Source: Vitrella brassicaformis CCMP3155 (lineage: Eukaryota; Protista; Chromerida). Taken from it: DNA of 64,000 nucleotides. The translations under genes and the position numbers were made by a program. The stretch is taken from the NCBI GenBank assembly GCA_001179505.1, contig CDMY01000269.1, forward strand, positions 77,815 through 141,814. Direction: 5' to 3'. The notes beneath the pieces were generated by a model that saw nothing but the letters and a program-made list of their open reading frames with translations, had not been told where the DNA came from and made no database searches. Positions 21,801-33,484 of this stretch are shown piece by piece; within the stretch, counting starts at the first letter, position 1; each line of letters starts with the position of its first letter.

Positions 21801-24800
21801 TCTGTGTCTTCTCGAAGTTGACGCCCCTCACGCCGCTCTGATGCTTGGATCTCTTCTTGGTTGCCGCCTGGCCAGTGCGCTGCATCTCACGACGATGCTG
21901 CTCGGCCAACGCCTGACAGACACATGACAGGCACAACATGGTCTTGTGGTGTTGCCCTTAGCTGCACCTTTGCTGTGTCGAAGCCGTGCTCCCTGACGTA
22001 GAAGGGCTTGTACTTCCTCTTGCCGCCTTCCAACCAGTCGGCCCTCCATGTTTTTTTCGTCTCTTCGTAGGAGACGCCCGTGACGTCCGACTGATGCTCG
22101 GCAGGTTTGCGAATGACGGTGTTGCCCTTGCCGGCCTTGTGCCTGGGCTGTCCGTCACGCGAAGACACGTCATCAGCCCAATCCATGTCGTCACCGCCAC
22201 CAACACCACCCACATCCGCCCCGCCACCGTCATGATGCGTCGGACCCTTGGAGGCTGCACCAGCACTCGTGCCTTTGTCGGCGTCGTGCTTGTCCGTTGG
22301 CTGTGGGTGCAGATTGATGCGCCGCACGTCGACCATGGTTGCACCGTCGCCAGCCGTGGCGTTGCGGTGGTGGGCCGCTTGGGCGGAGGCACGCAGGATG
22401 AGACGGGATGAAGTCACGTCAGGCACACTGAAGACACGCTCGTCGTGCTTGGCCTCCCCGTCCCGTCGACAAGCCACGAAGCTGGCCTCCTCGGCGTCCC
22501 ACTCGAGACCAAAGCTGCATGGCACACATATCAAGGAAAACGATAATGAGTGGCCTATTCCTGTCTGCGGTCTGCATTCCTGCTATCCACCTGTCGGCAT
22601 CGCCTCGGTTTACGTCCGTCAGCTGTCGCCTTGCCTGCTCCACCAGGCTGGCTGCCAGAGCGTGGCCGCTCCCCTCACTCAGCTTCGCCGACACATGTCT
22701 TTCCTTCCCGCCTCCCGACCGGTCGCGACGGCGCTTGGCCCCCGGTCGATGTGGCAGCTCCTCGCCCTCACGACGGCGATGTGCCTCCGATGTGGGTCGA
22801 ATGGGAGGCGGCAGGAGTTCATCCTGACTGTCCCTCCTGCTGCCCGGGCGATGGCTGGGCTCCCCACTCTCCGGACCAAACGGGTCGGCCATCAGCCTCT
22901 CACTGACACGATGTGCGGACCGGCCTCTGTGGCGGCGCCCAGGCTGAATATGGGGCGCCATGGGGTCATTGCTGTCAGGTGTGTGGTCACTGGGGCCCTC
23001 AGATAGAGACGGGGCCGGCATGGGCTTGCGCCTCGCTCCGCTGCGGCGGCGCGTCCGAGGTCGATTGCAGCCGTCGGGGCTGATGTCATCGAGCCAGCTG
23101 ATGTCCAGGGGGACGGCGGCCTCTCCCGTACTGACAGTGCTCAGACGGCTGAGCTCCTCGACAGCGCGGCGAAAAGCGGCGACAACGGCCGAACGGGAGC
23201 TGAGGTCGACCACCGGGACATCGACAATGCGCTCAGTCGCACCCTCCCCGACAGAGGACGGCACACGGACACGGAAGCTGCCGTCCTGCCAACACAGCCC
23301 GCATGACCTGCCCGAAAGAGCCAAACCCACACACACATGCACACACGCGACAAATCTGGCCCTTCCTTGTCTTCCCTTGTCTTTCCTTACCCGTCGCTGC
23401 TTAGGACATCAACCAGCGCAGCAGCCAGGTCGCCGCCCTTCATCCCACCCATGTGTGGCCCGCAGCTGGGGGGGCCGTGGCGGCGCGCCGAGTGAATCGC
23501 ACCATCATCATTGGGGGGGCTGCAAGGACGGCCTTTATCGCTCTTCGCCCCGCCCTCTGACGTGCGGCGCTGCGACTCCAGGGCACGTCTTTCGGCGATC
23601 GCGGCACCCAGAGCACCATCATAGCCGAGCTTGTCGATGGAGAAAGACCTCCACTTCTCCTTGCCTCCCTCACGCCAGGTGGCCACCCATGAGTTGCTGC
23701 TCTCGTTGTACCTCACGCCCTTGACGTCGCTCTGGTGCTCAGATCGCTTCTTGACTGCTGCCCTCCCCGTACGCTCCATCTTGAGACGATGCTGCTCGGC
23801 CAACGCCTGATACACACAACACACATGAGAGAGATTGACGATCGCCGTTGGCGTCGCTGTTGTCAGTACCTTTGCTTTGTCGAAGCCGTGCTCCCCGACA
23901 AAGAAGTCCTTGTACTTCCTGTCCCCCTTCTCATACCACGACACTCTCCACGCCTTGTCCCTTTCCGCCCATCTGACGCCACGGACGTCTGACTGGTACC
24001 TGCCCTCCCTGGCGTTGGGCGTCGGTGCTCCGTCGTGGGCTGGGGGGCAGCTGCCGAGCGGATGTGTGTGGCGAGGCTTCGGCGATGGGCTGCGATCGAC
24101 GGCTGACTCCTCATCGGCGGGCCCTGCCGACTCGGTGACTCTCTCCCCGCTCACAGTGGACTGAGGCCGATGACCATGGCGACGTTTGGCCGACAGACCT
24201 GGAGAAAACAACACAGACAGTCACAACTGCTGGGTGAGTATCACACACAGGGTGGGTACCTTTGTGACGGCGTGGCTCGTTGTGAGGTGGCTCAGCCACC
24301 CAACCACCAGCAGCAGCAGGGGGCATACACGAGGGACCGGGTGCACCGATGGGTAGCGCGTCGGCGGCGCGGCCAGGAGCGCTGCTCGACTCTGCACACA
24401 AGAAAAAACAGCAGCACGCACACAATGATATGCATCAGAGTCCCCCAGCCTCCTGTCATCCCGACCATCTAATGGCCTGCCTCTTCGGCCCTTGGGCTCA
24501 ATGCGGGGCGGCATGGGGTCACGCTTGTCGAGTGGCGGCGGAATGGACCCGTGTCCCGCGAGAGGTGAGTTGCCATCCCCTGCTGCCCCTCGCTGCGCCT
24601 CCTCGAGCCACGAGAGGTCGATGAGCACCCCCTGGTCGCCCAGACGCGAGCTGTGCAGGGCGTTGCGATACTCGACGGCTTGGCGGAAGGCCGTCAAGAT
24701 GGCCTCACGGGAGGTGACGTCCTCGCCGACACTGAACTGGCAAAGATCGACAGTGGCCGCAGCCTGGCTGTCCCAGAAGTAGCCCTCGAACACATAGGTT

Positions 24801-27699
24801 GCCCGCCATGAGACGCCGACACTGACACACACACATATCCAGAGACGAGTCCCTCATGACATCCGTCCGTCCGTTCTTGCTGCGAGTCGTCCTCCCTCGC
24901 GTACCCTCCGTTGTTGAGGCAGAGGGAGTGGACATTTGGCTGCTCCTGACGCAGCCGCCGCATCAGTCCACGACCCAACGCGTCGCCCGTCAGCCCGCCC
25001 AGATCGCAGCGGTCAGACGCAGGCGAGAGGCCGCCATCCTCCTCGTCCATCCGCCGCTGCTTGTTTCGCTGGCTGCCATTGCGGCCCTCGTGTGAGCCAC
25101 TGCTATCGCTGCCGCTCCATGGAGGCGCCCCTCTCTCGAATGGGGAGTGCCGCTGCTCCATCAAGGCCCGTTTGTGCCGGGTGGCGGCATCCATAGCAGC
25201 CTCGTAGCCCAGCCTGGTATGCTGCCGATTGGTCTTCAGAAGCTGTTTGATGAATCGACTGGCGGCCTCCTTGATGTCCTCGCCGTCACACTGCCCCACC
25301 ATGGCCGGCAGCTCGTGACGCACAACGACTCGATGGACGCAAAACTCAGAGAGGGGACGGCAGCCAGCATCGCCCCAATGTTGTGACCCACTTGACCATA
25401 CACACGACAGAGGACCATCCGCTGGGCGTGTGTCACGGGCTGCTGGTCCTCGGTGCCGTCAATGTCCATCTCCTGCTGGCGGCATGCCCATGCCGCATCG
25501 ATGGCTGCCCCCATGGCCTCCCTGGTGGCCGCTGAGAGGGGCACCGACTGCACTGGGGTACCAGGCAGGACCACCTCGACGGCCAGCTGGGTCAGGGCAG
25601 ACCCACTCCTGAACCGCAGACAAAGGGGGGTATCGGGATGGGCTCGGCCGAGTGCCTCCAACTGCTGGTAGAAGTGGCGAATCAGATGCCCCCTCTGCAC
25701 CGGCGTCACACGAGGGCCGCGACTGGCCGTGTGATTCGTCGGCGGCGTAGCCGGTGGGCCCTCCCGCAGCCAACTGGGGGCCGGCGAGGGATTGCGGTAA
25801 AATCGGTCGTCTCTGCGGGGCCTCGGTCGGTCGGTGTCACGGCGAGCAGTAGGGTGCAGTGGCACACCGTCCCCCACACCACCGTCACGCAGTTGAGGCG
25901 CCCGTCGGTGTCTGACGGGTGGAGGATCGTCGCCATCATCGGCACTTCTTGCATCAGCCTGGTCGCCATGCCTCTCCGCCCCTCCCTCTGACGTGTCCAA
26001 TCGCCCCATCTTCTGTCCGTGTCTGATGGCGGCCTCCTTGGCACCCTCGAAGCCAAGCTGGTCGACGGAGAAGGGCTTGGTCTTCTGCTTGCCGGCCTCC
26101 TGCCAGCTGGCCACCCATGAGTTGCAGCTCTTGTGGTAGTGGACACCCCGCACGCCGCTCTGGTGTGTCCTCCTGACTGATGCCCTCCCCGTACGCTCCA
26201 TCTTGAGACGATGCTGCTCGGCCAACGCCTGAAGCCAAGACGGAATAAAAATAAGGTGTGTGGCGCCTCTCGGGTTTCTTCCCACCTTTGCTTGATCGAA
26301 TCCATGATGTTTCATGTAGAAGTACTTGTGCTTCTGCTTGCCGTCACCCTTGTCGTACCAAGTCGCCACCCAGGCCTGGTCCTTCTCAGCCCAGTGGACC
26401 CCCTGCATGGCAGACTGATGCCCCGCACGCTTGCCGATGACGGCCTTGCCCGTGCCGGCCTCGGCTGTCTTGCCGCCCTTGCGCGTTCGCGGCTCCTTCT
26501 TGGCCCACAGACCTAAGAGAAAACACCACAGGCACCCAAAATGGATGGGTGGTCGACGATAGGAATGGTGTGGCTGTCTACCTTTGTCACCGGGAGGCTC
26601 ATTGTGAGGTGGGTCAGCTGAGCCACCACCACCACCACCAGCAGCAGCGAGGGTCATGGACGAGGGACCGGGGGCACCGGCGGGCGGTGAGCCATTGACG
26701 GGGGAAGGGACGCCAATCAACTCTGCACACATGGAAAGACGAACACACACACAATGATATACGTTAAAGTCCCCAAGTCTCTCTCGTTTCTGCTCTAGCC
26801 TTACCTGCAGCAGGTTTCCACTGAGTGACGGTCCGCTCGACGCCATCGATGACATCCGACACACTCTCGAACCGATCGTCAGTGTCTGCCGTGCCGTTGC
26901 GGACGGCCACCAGCAGGTCGCTCAGCATGCTCGTGTCCCAGCCCCTCACCACATCGTCGCGAGTGAGAAGCGCCCGCACCCACAGCGGCGGCCGGTCGGT
27001 CCCTCCCCCCTCCCCCCGCCATGCCGTCACCGCATACCGCTGGCCGTCGCCCTCGTCGGCCACACTGAACTCCAAACCCTCGTACTCGGCGGAGTAGTTG
27101 CGGTGGCCGGGGGTGCCCTTGTTGTGCAACACATCCGACAAGGGGATCGGCCGGCGGCTTGACGTCCTCTCCCGGTTGGAAGTGGCTGCAGGTCCCTCAC
27201 TTGAGTGCGGCCCGCCGCCTTGCTGCTTCTTCGGGTCGCGTGGTGCGTGATGCTGGTGGGTGGGCGACGGGTGCCGTTCTGCTGTGCTGGTGTTGTCGTG
27301 TGGTGCTGGTGTGTGTCGGTCTGCGGGGGCTGGTGGCAGTGGGTAGGGGTAGGGGGATGGGTGGGGTTGGGCGTCGGTCGTCTGCAAGGGTCCTCTGTCG
27401 TCTTGGACATTCGCTGCTACACCACCCTGACGCGGCGGATTTGCTGATACACCAACACGCGGTTGGCAGCCGGCGCCAGTCGGCTGTTCAAGGCCCTCCG
27501 GGGCGGCCGAGTGGCGCCGCTGATGAGATACAGACGAGCGGTTGTCCTGACGCATCTCCCTCTCTGGTACGGCCGCGCCGGCAGCATGTGACGACGACCC
27601 ATGAGTCGCCGAGGCCGCCTGCAAGATGTCTGCCAGAGCCCGAGAGCCGTCCTCTGCTGCTGGTGAGAAGCCGGCGGGATGAGTATGTCGACTCGCCAT
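18871..27699 (-). CDS. Giant multi-AP2 gene, locus 1 (5 AP2 pairs plus degenerate AP2-like units); three apparent frameshifts, possibly a pseudogene
   Basis: ATG at 27699 (MASRHTHPAG); AP2 pairs at about 25995-26420, 23576-23998, 21682-22096, 20799-21222 and 19395-19827. The junctions I checked join in frame through GT-AG introns, apart from indels near 25325, 19438 and 18985. Confidence 0.85.
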
Positions 27700-28194
27700 C
27701 GTCACTTTTGTTGCTGCCGTCCGTCCGACTCGCTCACGGGCTCCCCGTTGGCGCCATCAGAAGCAGAGATCACCAAGGTGCGGCATCACCGCTCCCGACA
27801 CCCACCAAGATCGCCAAAAGCGACAAGGGGAGGCGAGTGCACCATCAGATCTCCGTCTGCAGGCCATTCATGATGGGGTCAGCGGCGTTCTTCGCAAACC
27901 TGCGCGGAATCTGAAGCGTGACGCGAGCTACGAAGTGAAGCTCGCGCACTTTCGGCCTTTTCCCCCGAGAACGGCGCCTTCTGACCATGACGAGCCAGCA
28001 GCAGGGAGTTGATCTGTCGCGAGATCCCAAGTACAATGTCAACTACACAGGCGCCGCCACCGATGCCAGAACAAGTGAGCACACCACACCACACCGCAGC
28101 ACACTCAGCCCAGCCCGGCACGCCACAGCCCAGACAAGGAAGCCACAGAAAGGAAGAAGAACCAGCAAGAAAGAGACGGCGCAGAGCAGATGAG

Positions 28195-29599
28195 ATGGCA
28201 CTCCTCCCAAGACGCCATCGGCAAGGAGGGCGTGTATGCATTTGGCGAGCAATGCTGTCCCTCTCTCTGGGTGTGTTGTGCATTTAGATGCCGAGCAGGC
28301 GCCGTTGATGGAGGACATCGGTCGGCGTGTGGGTCAGGAGGTGATGGATCAGACCAAACAGGGGCTGCAGGACTTGGGCACCAGGATGCTCACCGAGGGC
28401 AGCAAGTGGTGGGAGGCCAACAGGAAGGAGTTGGAGGGTAAGCAAGTAAGGGAGCCGGTCTGGCCTCGGCACCCAGTGAGGACACAGGCAGGCAGGCAGG
28501 CAGGCAGGCCGCCCAGCCAGCCAGCCAGCCAGCCAGGGTCAGACAGGGGAGGGAGGGAGGGTAGATATCCGCTGTGTGGGTGAGTGAGTCAGCGGAGTGG
28601 GTCGGTGTGTCTGTCTGTGATGATAGTACTGGGCACTGATCGCCTGCCTGCCTGATACAGACAGAGCGGGAACGACATGCTGCACACAATACCATATACG
28701 CTGAGACATCCACACACACAGATGCGTTTCTTTGCATCCTTCTGTATATACTGGGGTGGGCTCTTTCTCTTGCTTTGCCCGCCATGCCATTGGTGGTGAA
28801 TTGATTGTGGTTGTCTCCCTCCCTGTGTGCGTCTGTCTGTGGCTCATTCATTCCTTCAGGTCCGAAACCCCTGCGCATCTTCTGCTTCATCGGTCAGTGC
28901 AGTGAGTGGTTCAGTGCAGTGAGTCCGTCCGTCCATGGCCTTTCCCACGTGTGCGTGTGTGTGTGTGGTGTGTGTGTGGTGTGTGTGCGTGTGTGGCCAA
29001 ACACAGGCGGTTTGCTGATGTTCATAACGTCGCTGCTGGGCATGATCAACCCCTTCGCTGCCGTATTCAACGCCCCCAACTACATACTCCAGACCTTCTT
29101 GGGGTACGCACGCACGCACGCCACAGGCCCACAGTCGAGCACCCACCCATCTCACATAGATGGGGCGTGTCGTCACTCACCTTCTCTCTATGTATGTATG
29201 TTGTGCGGTCAGTCTGTTTGGGTTCGTGACGATGATCCTGGAGGCGTCCAACATCCCGTTCCTCGAGCGGCTGCGGCCCCACGTAGAGGAGTGGGCCAAA
29301 TTCCTCACAGTCATCGGCGGAAAGGGACTCTTCTACATGTTCCAGGGTCAGCTACACTGTGTCACACGCGCGGGCTGCCCACACACACGCACACACACCG
29401 CCGATCTGTCTGTCTGTGTGTCAGGGTTCCTCGCGATCTCTCTGTGGGGGCTTCTGGACGTCATAGTGGGGGCATACATGGCCGGCCTGGGCCTTCTCTG
29501 CGTCGCATGGCACTTCGGACTCGTCAAGAAAATATCCAGGGTGGGCTAGGCGACAAAACAACACACGCCACACAGCGCATTCTGGCTGTGCAATCTCTC

Positions 29600-29633
<34 letters not shown>

Positions 29634-29770
29634 CGGATGGTTTGTGTCGATGTGGCCAGCGCCAACGGCAGCAGGCGGCCAACGACCCGTCGGCCTCTGG
29701 CCCCGGGATGGCCACACAGCAGGGGACCGGCCCGGGGGGATACGCCCCCATGCCACAGGGCGGCGTGTGA
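28195..29770 (+). CDS. COPI-associated / Tvp15-like Golgi membrane protein, about 7 exons
   Basis: ...PKPLRIFCFIG | GLLMFITSLLGMINPF...YILQTFLG | LFGFVTMILEA...EEWAKFLTVIGGKGLFYMFQG | FLAISLWGLLDVIVGAYMAGLG...; the E...FL...GKG.FY.F.G pattern is characteristic. Start codon tentative. Confidence 0.75.
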
Positions 29771-30794
29771 TGTGATCCACCCATACACTACACGGGCGTA
29801 TTAGCCTCCCCGTCCTCTCTGTCCACCACTCACACACGGACAGACAGTCGGCGTACCTAATTAGTTACCAAGACGGTTTCTTAGACACTTTTGGGGGATG
29901 GATGCTCTAGACTCTCTCTGATTATTTTTGCGCCGAGCCAGCGTGCTTTACTGCTGCGTGCGGCCGGAGGTCTGCCTTGTCCGCCTGCCTGCGTTTGTGA
30001 TTGTAAGTAAAGGGGTGGAGGGGGGAGGGCGACGGCAGACGTTCACTCACTGCACGGGCGGCGCGGGGCGGGGCGCTGCTGGGTGGCCGCGATGTCGTCG
30101 CGATAATTGATAGAAGACAGGGGGGAATGTGTGGATGCGATGCGTGTGTGTGGCGGGTGGGGTGCGACAGTCCAAAGCCGTCGCATCCGATCAGCCGATC
30201 CACTCACCCACCCACTTTTGCGTGACGATGATGGCCTGCCTGGGTGGGTGAGGGGGGATGCATGGCGTGGGTAGGTAGACTCATTCGGTGGACACGTATG
30301 TATTGCCAAGTGCCGCTTTCTTTTATCATTCGTGCGTGCGTGCGTGCACGTGTGTGTGGACCGACCGGTGTGCAGCAATGTGGTGCCTTATGCTCGCTCC
30401 CTCTCTCGACGTACGTGTGTGTGGATGTGTGTGAGAAGCGTGTACGGTTTTGCACTTGGCTGGCCGTTCGCATGGCTGGCTCCATCACGCAGGTTTAATA
30501 AGCTCATTCCTTCCTTGATCGACCCACTGCATGCCGTCACAGGTACATGTATGTGTGTGTGTGTGTGTGTCTGTGTGTCCCCTCCACACATGTAGTCATC
30601 GATACATAGATACATACATGTATGTGAGTGACCCATACATCCAATCGACTCGTTCGTTGCGTGGCCGGCCGGAATGCATGGACGAACGGACAGATATGCA
30701 TGCATGTCTCTCTCTCCCTGCGTGACATGACTGACTGAATACTCTCTTTCTTGCCGATACAAACACCTCTCACACACATCGATGTGATGGACGG

Positions 30795-33398
30795 TCACGG
30801 ACCATTCAGCACCTCCACTCTCTTCCGCAAATTTGCTCGCAGACTCTCAAGGTCCTCGTGGGACCGGTCAAAAAGCCGATTAATCGCCGCCCCATGCTTA
30901 TCAATGTGCTCAGCCGCCCTCGCCTGCCAATCGTCCAGATCCCTCTCCGTCATGGTTTTCTTCATCCGCAGCCGACTCAGCGCCGCCCTCTCCGTCGCCA
31001 CATCCACCTCCATGGTGCTGCTGTCTCTGTCTCCTTCTCTACACATTGACGTGATGTGATGCATCTCGGCCCGGCTGGCCAACGGGGGCAGACTGAGCCT
31101 CGATGGAGGCCCGCTGATTGGCAGAGGGAGGATGGACGGAGAGGAGTCGGGGGTCGAGACAGAGGGTGCGAGCCGTGCCAGGCTCATGTCGACTTCGCTG
31201 GCCACGCTGCGTTGTGCCGTCGCCACCAGGGCATCGTAAGTGTTGGCCTCCCCCGCTGTGAAAGGGCTGATAGCCAGCGACTCACCCCCATAGTCATCAG
31301 CCTCTCCTCCGTCTCTCAGCTGCAGGGTCGCTGACGAGGCCGGCCGGCGGCCGTCATCCAGCGGCTGCGACGGGCTCCGCATGGTGGTATGGAACGCTGA
31401 AAAAGCAGAAGAGGCCGCCTCGTCCAGTGGCTCATCGTCAAGGTATTCCAGGTGGGGGAGGCGGGCCAACACAGCCATGAGGCTCTCGGAATCTGCAGAC
31501 GACACATGAGGATGGTCGCTGCTCGGTGGGGCCTCGATGGCAGGGTGAGGCGCGGCATTGGTAATGGGGAGGGCGTCCTTTGAGGGGGAAAGGGGGTTTC
31601 CCTCCAGCCGCAGCTCACATAACCTGGCAAGAGTCTTCAGGGTGTCCAACGACTCCACATCTCGCAACCTGAGGACAAGACACAACGAACGGCAAGGTGG
31701 ATGTCTCCGACCGAGAGCAGCTGCCCTGACATGTTGTGTGAGAGGTCGAGTATCTCCACGTTTGGGGTTCTGTCTGCAAGGACCGTCAGCACGCCTCCAT
31801 CCAGGCTGTTCCTGGCGAGTGACAGCTGCGTCAGCTCCGAGAGCAAGGGGAACGCGCGAAGGTCATGGTCCGATAGACAACACGACTCGAGGAACAAGGT
31901 CTGAAAGGGGCGGGCAGCACAAGGTACGTATGAATGCACCCGTATAATATGTGTGATGCTGTCAGTGTATTGCTCACCTGCAGCTTGCTCAAGTGATCCA
32001 GGAAGAGGATAGGAGGAGGCTTAACGCGCACTCGTGTCGCCTTGCCCGTCCATGTCAGCGCAGCCCCGCCTGCACTCACATTGGTTCTCTGCAACTGGCC
32101 GCTGAGAGTACTGACTGATCTGCTGGCTGCTTCATTGCCGCTCTTCTGTGCCCTAAGTGAGGACAGCAGGTCTCTTATCGAGCCACGAGCCACCATCCTG
32201 GTCCTGACAGATGGAGAGGTGGAAGTCTCGGTGGGCGGCTGCTCGACTGGGGGGCAAGGAATAGGCTGACCAAGGGGGTTGTGGCTGATGTCCAGCTCAG
32301 TCACATTTGCGAGGTTTGCAAAAGCGAAAGCGTCGACGGGTTTGTGCTCGCCGAGGCAGTTGGCGTCGAGATGAAGCGTCTCCAGCCGCCGCAGAGGCTG
32401 CAGCCCCTCCACCTGAGCTATCAGGTTGCCCGATATGAAGAGGTGTCTCAGCTTGAGGAGCTTCCCCAGGCCATCGATGTAGGTGAGGCGATTTCTGGAG
32501 AGGTTGAGAGACACGAGATTGATGAGTGTGTCGAGCCCGCTGATGGATTCGATGGCATTGTCGTCCATATCGAGGTGTGTGAGGCGTACGCACCCCTCCA
32601 GCCCCTGGATGCCACGAATCGAGTTCGCATAGAGCCGAAGCTCCGTCAGGGACGCCAGACGGCTGAGTGGCCGCATTATTGTCATGGGATCGGCTGGCTT
32701 TGCACCATCAGTCTCTGTCGTCGCAACATCAGATGGGGGCTCCGATGTCGATGTGTGGTCCTCAAAAGGGAGGTCATCAGCCAGAAGAGACGACAGATTG
32801 TTGCACGACAGGTTGAGCGAGCGCAGAGAGGGGCCGTATCGCGACGCCAGCAAGGAGAGGCCGTCAACCCTGTCGATGAAATGGAAGCTGAGGTCCATCT
32901 TCAACGCTCCATCACGATCTCTCTTGGCCTTGACGGCGCCATTCTTCGTATCCTCCTTCTTTGTGGCCTCCTTTTCACCCTTAGGCTCCTCTTGATCTGT
33001 TGAAAGGAAGGACTCGGATGGCTCGCCAACGTCATCCAGATCCATCTCCACCGTGCTGTCGTCCCTCTCATCGACGGAATCACCAGCCTTTGCAGGGATC
33101 TCATCAATTGCTCCATCGGTGCGGCGGAAAGAGGGTGACTCAGCTCGGTGGAGAAAAGATACGGACCGCTCCTGCAGACAATGATGGGCAAATGACTGCA
33201 TGCAGCGTCTGTGTGAACGCATTATCTCACCAGCAGGGCCTCGTCAATCTCCGGCGGCTTCCCCTCCCATCTCTTGCTCTCCGAGAGATGTGCGGCCGTG
33301 CGGTCGGAGGAGGCCAGCGAAGTGGAATCGCCCCATCTCTCAAGCAGGCTCTTGCTTGGGCCTGCAGGAGGGCGCGTTTTCACCTCGGAAGTTGCCAT
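30795..33398 (-). CDS. Leucine-rich-repeat protein (SDS22-type repeats) with C-terminal coiled coil
   Basis: Repeats LTELRLYANSIRGIQGL, LTHLDMDDNAIESISGL, LVSLNLSRNRLTYIDGL, LRHLFISGNLIAQVEGL, LETLHLDANCL; further LRRs in downstream exons. Ends tentative. Confidence 0.88.
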
Positions 33399-33484
33399 TC
33401 TCTCGGTTGAGACGCCGAGGCCCCCAGTCCGTGGGGGCTCCTTTCCCTTCCCCCCCTCTCTCCCCTCCTCGGTCGGCCACAATC

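Noticed and set aside
16168-27699. Transposon or homing-endonuclease origin of the AP2 arrays
   Set aside because: AP2 domains do occur in HNH endonucleases and mobile elements, but I saw no HNH, transposase, integrase or RT motif, no terminal repeats and no target-site duplication.
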